Translations under genes and position numbers: made by a program
Notes under the pieces: generated by a model
What the model was told of the DNA's origin: nothing
The model's database searches: none
Seen by the model: only the letters and a program-made list of their open reading frames with translations
Shown here: positions 1-64,000 of the stretch, piece by piece
How positions within the stretch are numbered: position 1 is the stretch's first letter
How the letters are laid out: every line of letters starts with the position of its first letter
Assembly (NCBI GenBank): GCA_963693365.1
Contig: CAVNZM010000016.1
Location: 4,583,149-4,647,148, forward strand
Reading direction: 5' to 3'
Origin: Amoebidium appalachense
Lineage: Eukaryota > Protista > Ichthyosporea
Length of the DNA stretch: 64,000 nucleotides

Positions 1-859
1 CGAAATACCCTGGTTCAATGGGACTCAGCATAGTACGCAACGCTTTGTGCCAGTAAATCTCGACAAAAACAGCCTTACCAAACGTAATTGTTTGTCTAAA
101 CTGTGTTTTTGGTGATACCGAATACGAACTATCCTGACTTAGGTATAGTTAGCTGTATGCAGACTCGCCTGGTATGTAAGACTCCCATCCCACGTTCCTT
201 GTTCGTCATTTTCCTTTTCTTTCATTCAAAAATCATTTGAATATCCTCTCCATGACGGCGTTGCCCGACTGAGTCGGGACTGACTGAAGAAGATGAGTCC
301 TAATATCCATATATAGACATTTGGTTTGGTATTGCGTAATCGAATTGCTTAATAAACCAATCGTTGGAGCCTAAAGCCGATCTGATTTCCTTCTGGCGCG
401 AACAGTACCAGTGGCCAGCTTGACCTAAAGTTTGCAGCAGACATGCCTCGAGCTGAGCGCGCTGCGGCTGCACACATTTATTCCACAGTTGTGGCTAAGA
501 GATGTTGCTGATTCTCAGTTGGGAAATTGACTGCTTGAAATAGATTTGAGATTTGTGAGTGAAAGAAAGTTGTGCGTTAAGTGACTTAGTATGTTGTGAA
601 CACAAGGGCACAATCGACGAACAGAAACGGAAGTAAAGGAGGAATGAATCGTTTTTCTTGGTGCACCGTTTGATTTTACCGCCCATAGCCTAGTTGGCGC
701 AATATTATGACTTTCTTGTTATAAAGAACAATCAGTAGGTGGCTTGTTACGCTCGTTTGACTTTTGTTGTTGTACATTGTTGAGAGATATCATTTCAAGG
801 AGTTCGAGGTGTTTAGTGAGGTTGTAAGCTTGTGCGGGAGACTTCGTTTTTACCCGAAG

Positions 860-15498
<14,639 letters not shown>

Positions 15499-16550
15499 AG
15501 AGAGGGAGACTTCAGGGAGAAAGTGTGTGCAAGAATAATGGCGTGAATGGCTTCAGCGGGTATCATAATGATCGTGTACATATGATTCAGATTGAACAAG
15601 GGAGGATTTTGTGTGTTAGCAGTATGCGGATAGCCAAAGGTTTCTTGCGTGAGATTCTTGAGGATAATTGGTATTGGAAATCCGCGATGAATAGAGTGCG
15701 AGAGGATTTAACAAACAAAACGTAACGTTATGTCACAATCACAATCTTTCCTTGCTGCATCACAGTGCGTTTAATTGGTCTTCCTTGACCACCATTGTGA
15801 TAGAGCCATTGCCGGCTCGTAATTTGGTAACCTAATTTGTTGACAGTTTCGGGGTGTGAAAGTATATGTTGTACACCGTGGCGTGCATGACTAACTCAGT
15901 AAAGAATCCAACCAAATTTAACGTTAGGAATTACGACGCACAAATGGCTAATAAAATAACGATTCCACGAGATGGATGGTTTGCTTTTACGTGAAACACG
16001 CCCAGTATGTATGTACGTACCAAATGAGCCTTGAGCTCCGAGCTGTTGCAGTTAATAAATCATCGATACGGTAACAGTTTGTTATCGTCAGCTTTGATGA
16101 TTCCTGTAGACTATTTTGGCCCTGCGGTACTACTACGGTTGCACATGGTGAAAGTGCTGTGTTGCCCCCCGTGCAGCTCCCCCGTACTGTATTTTTTCCT
16201 AAAGAAAACCTGGTGTGCTGAATTTTGTGATCAATCACATGATCAATCGAATCCAAATGGTCGATGCATAATATGAGTGTTGAATGCTTTGCCATGGCAT
16301 GGGACGTCGTGTTTGGTGTCCAGTGTTGTGGTGTGCCCTGTGCGTCTAATAGATCAAACATAGAATACATCTATCTGCATCTCTGGGGCGGCATGTTCTG
16401 ACTGTGCCGTTATAAGTGCCGTATGAATAAAAATGTTTAGTTTTGTTCCCAAGCTAGGGTTGGATATGTCAGTCATATCAGGTGGCGGCCTGGCCCCCGC
16501 GGGCGAAGTTCAGTCTAAGAAAGTCACGTAATTTCACAGCAAAAATAATT

Positions 16551-16590
16551 GCCAATCAAACAGCCTGAGCAGTGAATTTGGCGCGAAAAA
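16551..16590 (+). promoter_or_regulatory. CCAAT box plus E2F-type site upstream of the SIX6OS1-like gene
   Basis: GCCAATCA at 16551 and TTTGGCGCGAAAA at 16577-16589 (E2F consensus TTTSSCGC on both strands). Followed by probable 5' UTR exons (donors at 16811 and 16932, acceptors at 16871 and 17699). Confidence 0.45.
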
Positions 16591-17723
16591 TCGTGATAAA
16601 GGGTTCCACTATGCCTTGAAGCTCAAACCTTGCAGCACCCGGTGCAGTGTCGCCGGGTTTCGGTTTGAGGAGAAGCAAAAACAGTAAAAGATCTTTCCGT
16701 ATGTTTGATAGCTTTAGAGTTAGTTTTGCCAAAAGAGAGCCCTATGCCATCTTCACAGATTCGCTCATCAGATCTAGGAAAAGAGCGGACATGTTATAAC
16801 TGAAACTGAGGTATGGTTTGTCAGTTCTGAAGTCAATTTGAATGAAGTGTGAACCTTTTCCTACCAACCAGCAAGCTTTCTACGACAGCCAACAAGAGCA
16901 AAAGACACACATGAAACCATCTATTCGATAGGTGGGTGGGAAGGGAAACGATCGAGCAGGGGGTTGGTCAATGGGAGAAACATTTTAGTTTATATCTAAC
17001 TGAAAGGTGACTGTGTAGCCGGAGTGATTCCCATGTTGCCAATGCGTGACATCTGTAGGCTGCCCTATAAGTGTCCTTTTTTGTTTTTTTGCGTTGGAAA
17101 ACTAGAAAAAATGATCGTATAAGCTATAAATCTAACATTCAATCTTGGGTTACAAGCGCCCATTGATGTGCGTGCGTGCAGGTTTGCCTCTTGGTTGCAT
17201 GCCAAGTGAGTGTCACAAGGCTTGGGTGACAGTGTTGCGCATGTTTGTGTGTGTGTGTGTGTGTGTGTGCGTGCGTTTTTGCGTGTGTATGTTCGTGTAC
17301 GTGTGTTTGTGTGCGTGTGTGTGCTTATAGATACTAGCGTGTGGATCACTAGGTGTGCGTGCCACGGGGTGTGTGGGCGTGTCGATGGGTGTAGGTATTT
17401 GTGTGGGTGTGGGTGTGGGTGTGTGTGTGTGTTGCGTGTGTGACAGTGTGTGTGTGTGTGCGTGCGCGTGCGCATGCGTGTGTGTATGTGTGTGCGTGTT
17501 TGCGAGGACTCAAAGAAATGCAGCGAGGGATGGGCAGGGAGAAGAGGGTAAGCAGAGCTATGGTGGTTTTTGGTGGGTAACTGTAAGGCCAAGGGGGAAT
17601 GATACCAGGAAAGAGAGGCACACATTATTCTAGTAACCTCTAGTCACCCGCCGTGCGGCGCCTTTGTCTATTTTGCTGAGCAACTGCGAATACACACAGA
17701 GAAGCAGGCGAAAAAACAGCAAA

Positions 17724-33160
<15,437 letters not shown>

Positions 33161-34485
33161 CCGGCAGTAGAAGGTATGTGAGTTTCCCTTCCCCCCCCCC
33201 CACCACCACCACCGAAAAAAAAAAAAAAAAAAAAAAAAAGCACCACCACCGTATAACTCTCGCTGCCTATACCTGTTAGTTAAGGTGCTCCGTAGGCTCT
33301 GTTGGTCAAGGAAAAACGACCAAAAGTGGAACTTTAAAACATGTGTGGAAGTATGTACACTAGACCCCCCCCCCCCCCCCCCCCCCCCCCCCCGCCCCCC
33401 GCCCCTCAAGCTCCCTCCTCCCGCCTTAGCTTCCTCCCGGTCACTATCAATCTAACACAATACACCCATACCAACACACTCACACACACTCACTCACTCA
33501 CTCACTCACACGCACGCACGCACATAAACACACTTGGCTGACAGGCAAGGGGGGGAGAGGGGGGGGGGGGGGGGGGGGGGCTCTTACAGGAGGGCAGAGA
33601 GAAAGGAGGGGTTAATTAGAGGGATGGATGTTATTTATGCATTATGGCTGTTTCACCCAACAATTCGAATCTTAGATAAACTCCCACTGTTTATAAACAG
33701 AAGTTCTCGCAGTCCTCTTTTATGATGTTGCAGTGATTGGCCACCGCTTTTAAACTAATTTCTTGATTGGCTCCCACGGATCTCACCATCTGCCATTTCC
33801 ACAGATTATCCGTCGGCTATTCACCACCGGGTTTACTGCCAATAATCGTCAATCAACACATGCACGTATCGTATGTTATGTTGCAGAAACGGATCGAATT
33901 GTTGATGTATTTTTCTTAGGGTATATTAAGTCCATTACCTTTATAATTTCCTTTAATGTCTTTCTTTTTAATCTTCTTTATAACTTCTTCTGATTTTCTA
34001 TTAGGTACTTGATGCCTTATGAAAACTACATACTATATAGGCCTATTGGTGCAACCTTGCCTGTTTCTTTTCCGTTTTAGAGTTAGATTACATATATATG
34101 CACTGCCAGCCAGGTCTTTGTTCTGCGCATCACTCATTTAAATAACAATATTGATATTATTTATGGTAACGGTAATTGGTGCTGAATAAACACACAAACA
34201 TTTGAATCCACATGTGCTTAACATTGATGGCGGTATTTAATTTGTTATCCCATCTGTGTAAAGCGCAACCTCCAAACCAAATAATGGTATCCTCACAACA
34301 GTTCCGGCTTGAATGAGATACCAGACTGTGTGCTCGGGGGGGGGGGGGGGGGGGGGGGGGAGGGGGGGGGGGGTGCATATTTTGATGCCTATTTCTGATA
34401 GCTGATTGGATGGCTCTGCTGCCACACTGATCCGATTAGCGGTTTTGAAATTCAAGATTCGATTCAAAAAATCGAAGGATGGAAA

Positions 34486-34553
<68 letters not shown>

Positions 34554-35080
34554 ATGCAAACAGTGGGGGTTGCGTGCATGCGCCATCTCTTTTTGGCAGC
34601 CTATTCTATGATAGACGTAGTGAGTGACGGAGTATTTGTACATGTCACCTCATGTGCTCTCCCCCCCCCCCCCCCCCCCCCTCCCCCCCTAGGGCACACA
34701 CATGCATTCAGTTTTTTAACAGTTGCATCGGGACCACAGTCGAACTGGGAATGATTCATGTTTGTCTCTATAAAAGGGAAATCCTCAGAATCATGTATGT
34801 GGTCTGTGCGGGCCGACTCCTATTGTGCCTATGCCATCAATTTCCTGTCTGATAGACGGACGCCTGTTCATAATAATCTATGCGCACGTCTTCAGTGTGT
34901 ACGTGCCACAGTGTCTCCCCTTTTATCAAATGGCTTAGCCTCTGTGTGGGAGTGTGTCTAGCTCTTCAGTGGGCGTGTAGCTAGTCTGTTGGTGATGGGG
35001 TGTGGTGGCGGCGCGTTGCAAAGGTTCAGCTTCCCCCCGGGGGAAGGGGGGAAGGGAGGGGAGAGGGGGCTATTAAATGT

Positions 35081-35139
<59 letters not shown>

Positions 35140-35779
35140 CTGACTACATTTATTGATCAAGAAATATACGAAGTACAAGGATCATCATACAACCGCAGAA
35201 ATTATTGCATTAGCGCAAATTTCTAGGATATTATTTAATGAGTCTGGGATATTATAAGGAGAAATGTGAAATTCTTAGGATGGGGACTGTACTACCACTA
35301 CTTGTACATGTGGAAGACGTGCAGCCCAACTTGTCCCTGGCAGTATGAGTGCACATGTGTCACCCTTCTTGATTCGTCAAAAGTGCTAAATACAGATATA
35401 AATCACACACTCCAATAATATCTAGCAACGACCAAACAGAACACAACATCAGCACATGACCACATGTACAGACGCCATAACCATTAGATGAAGATGTGCT
35501 ATGCTTGTAAGTTTGGGTGTACCATGATCACGTGCACACACTATTACAGAGCTGAACAGAAAAGAGGCTGCTACATTGCTCGTATGGTCACTAGCTTTAT
35601 AATTCCCTTACAACTCTCAACTTCAAAAAGTCATTAACACTATCCTAGCGCAACTGTTGTTACAGTACATATAAGTAAATTTAGATAGGCAAAAACAATA
35701 ACACATGAATGCCATAGCCAATCCTCAAGGGTGGTCATTGTCATGTACAGTACCCTCGGAGGCGCAGGTGCGTACGTGT

Positions 35780-35834
<55 letters not shown>

Positions 35835-35836
35835 GG

Positions 35837-36149
35837 TTTGAATGCGTCAAAAAGTACGAAGTACACAAGAACAAACGGATAACACGATGCAGAATGCAAG
35901 CCATACATAAAGAGTATGCATAATAAGCAGAGCCCATCCTCAGGGGGGGCCCACGTCATCCACAGTACCCGAGTTTCGACCTATTCCCCTCGTTAACGAA
36001 ACCCAACTCAGATACTGTTTCACTTGAACATGAGTAGGTCACCCGTCTTGATCAGAGACGAGCAGGGTTGCTTATGCAGGCAAGGGCAGTGGGAAAGGCC
36101 GGGGGTTAAAGTTGCAGCAGTAAGCAGAAGCAAGAAAAATATAGATAGG
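35837..36149 (-). mobile_element. Subfamily B copy about 1 kb downstream of the golgin stop
   Basis: Reverse complement of about 30615-30928; G-runs on both sides. Confidence 0.85.
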
Positions 36150-36590
36150 GGGGGGGGGGGGGGGGGGGTTGGTTACAGGTAGTTTCACAGGGTGTATTCC
36201 ATTATTTTTCCATTGCTTTATTTGGCTACATTCAAGATACATACAGTATATGCAAATATAAAACACACGTGTTATCCACAACAACACACTCTGCATCGTT
36301 AACTAGGTTTACAAAAACGGAAAGTCTAGGTTAGGGGATCATGTGCAAGCATATTGCGTTAAAATCCCTATCTGGACTGATTATGTTAAGCTCGTCTTGT
36401 CAGTATCGAATTTACTGGGTAAACACCGAGATCTAGCCAATAGTGATTATTGTTTCCTCCAATGTGGGCATGATAAATACCGCAGAGTACAACCACATGA
36501 AAACATACCAACAGCAGAAACTATCCTCGGAATATGGCATGGTGCCTTTCCCCCCCTCCCCCCCCCCCCCCCTTCCCCCGGCGCCTTTTC

Positions 36591-36644
<54 letters not shown>

Positions 36645-36652
36645 ATGCCAAG

Positions 36653-36700
<48 letters not shown>

Positions 36701-37123
36701 CAAAAAACAATCCTATTTCTTAATTCTAAGAATTTTCATCGGGAGAGCTGACTATTTTGTACCGGTGAATCATAGCATCGTGAGTGCATTAACAGTCCAA
36801 AAATTTCGGACCGAAAGGGTGGTCTCCTGTATCAAAGCACACAACCGACTAGATTTGCGGCATGAAATTTCAAAAGTCTGCACGTGGGTTTGTACTAGCT
36901 ACATTCACCTACCAAATATTCCAGAAAGGACAAAGAATAGTGCATTTAATAATACATGTAACCCGTGGTGTAAATGCGCGTGTTACAGTGTATTGTGGAT
37001 TTAGTGCTAGTAAAGTATAAAGTGCGTATTCTGTATACTATGTATATACATGTATAGCCGTGCATGCCTGTGTATCTATGCACGAATAGGGAAAACACTT
37101 GATGGCAGAGATGTAATTTTCCT

Positions 37124-53263
<16,140 letters not shown>

Positions 53264-54095
53264 TTTTCACAATTTTTTTTTCTGGCGGGAACACCGTCTT
53301 TGGGTTTGCAGTAGGAAGTCCTAAACCCACACACCGGTGTAGAACATTAAAGCCTATTGACACTAGATGCACATGGCAAACCCAGTGCAAATTATAGATA
53401 TTTTGAAGGCCTAAAAGGGGCGTACTATCTTCGAAAAAATCTGCCCCCCGCCTCTTGCATCTCTCTTTCTTTTCCTGAGTTTTTTTGAAGTTCCGTTCGA
53501 AGCTGCTGTGACTGCTCAAGAAAACTTTGATGTGTGGGCGAGGATCTTGGAATTCTGATGTGTAGAACTAACTTGCAAACGATTGGTTGGTTTTGAACGA
53601 CCAAAAAGCATCCTGATAGATGATTGGTTTATGAGTTAGCACGGTTCTGGTTTTCAATTGGATGTCTAAATACAGGATTTCTTATTGGCCACATTAGTTG
53701 CCTAAATAAGCATATCTAGAGCTGGGCAAAGTAGGCAAATTTATACGAGGGACAATTCTCATGTGTTAGAGAATATACTAACTTATATTGCCACATGTCT
53801 GCTCTACATGTTTTTTATAATAATTTTTGTTTTATAAAAGTATTTATGCATTTCTTGAGCTTTAGACTGCGAGAAACAACATTTTACGGTTGTGCCCGGG
53901 CCGTTGCCCGAAACTGAACGGCCCGTCAGAGGCCGCCCGTCATCTGCCGTCTGAGTTTGCGGCTTGCCTAGTTGCCGTAACACAAGAAGAATAGCCTATA
54001 CAGCACTTTGTATACGTTGTTACATAGGACGGTAGTAAACAAGATATTTGGAGTAGATTTTTTTTTGAGCCTGTAAATACAACACCACCGGGCAA
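53264..54095. promoter_or_regulatory. Probable bidirectional promoter between the golgin and the kinase-PP2C gene
   Basis: Divergent ATGs separated by about 830 bp of repeat-free sequence; four ATTGG (CCAAT) boxes at 53582, 53623, 53657 and 53684. Confidence 0.6.
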
Positions 54096-63716
<9,621 letters not shown>

Positions 63717-63836
63717 GTGTGTAACTTCTTATGTTTTTGTTTTTATGTGTGTGTTTTGTGTGTGTGCGTGTGTGGGTGTATGTGTGTGTGTGTTGGGGGG
63801 TGAGGGGGGCGGGGGGGGGGGGGGAGGGGGGGGGAT

Positions 63837-63879
<43 letters not shown>

Positions 63880-64000
63880 TTGTGTATGTGTGTGTGTGGC
63901 CCATGTCGAGCAATCATTGCCAGGCAGATGGAAAACGGCGTGTATTGTGTTTTGTGTGTGTGTGTGTGCACGTGTGTGCACCTGTGTGCGTGTGTGTGTG

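Noticed and set aside
1-300. Possible first exon of a divergent minus-strand gene (GGTAAGG donor near 73-79)
   Set aside because: I found no open frame from an ATG reaching the donor; it may be a UTR exon but cannot be supported here.

Overview
Eukaryotic, very intron-rich DNA. A unicellular holozoan such as an ichthyosporean is my inference from gene content, not proof. Introns are filled with C/G homopolymers and (CA)n, (CT)n and (CGTG)n microsatellites, so nearly all supplied ORFs are low-complexity artefacts. Manual GT-AG exon assembly gives four genes: (1) a Nup1/Nup153-like FG nucleoporin (+, 860-15498); (2) a coiled-coil protein whose N-terminal 130 aa align without gaps to my recollection of the synaptonemal-complex protein SIX6OS1 (+, 17724-33160); (3) a giantin-like tail-anchored golgin (-, 53263-37124); (4) a kinase-PP2C fusion of the plant At2g40860 type with degenerate kinase motifs (+, from 54096, truncated by the window end). 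The most unusual signal is a small dispersed retroelement family with 12 young copies in two subfamilies and many fossils. Copies share a 3' end (CATTCAAA then a C-run), are 5'-truncated, sit in C-rich tracts and are co-oriented with the host or adjacent gene. One insertion is an exact 1.6-mer of a 450-nt unit. The family carries all three hammerhead core strands, with covarying stems, in a non-canonical permuted order: a candidate retrozyme/Penelope-dependent circular RNA with an unusual ribozyme topology. Also notable are intronic echo copies of splice junctions, one intronic exon copy differing almost only at synonymous sites, and four apparent +1 homopolymer frameshifts (probably assembly errors). 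Protein family comparisons are from memory, not from searches.
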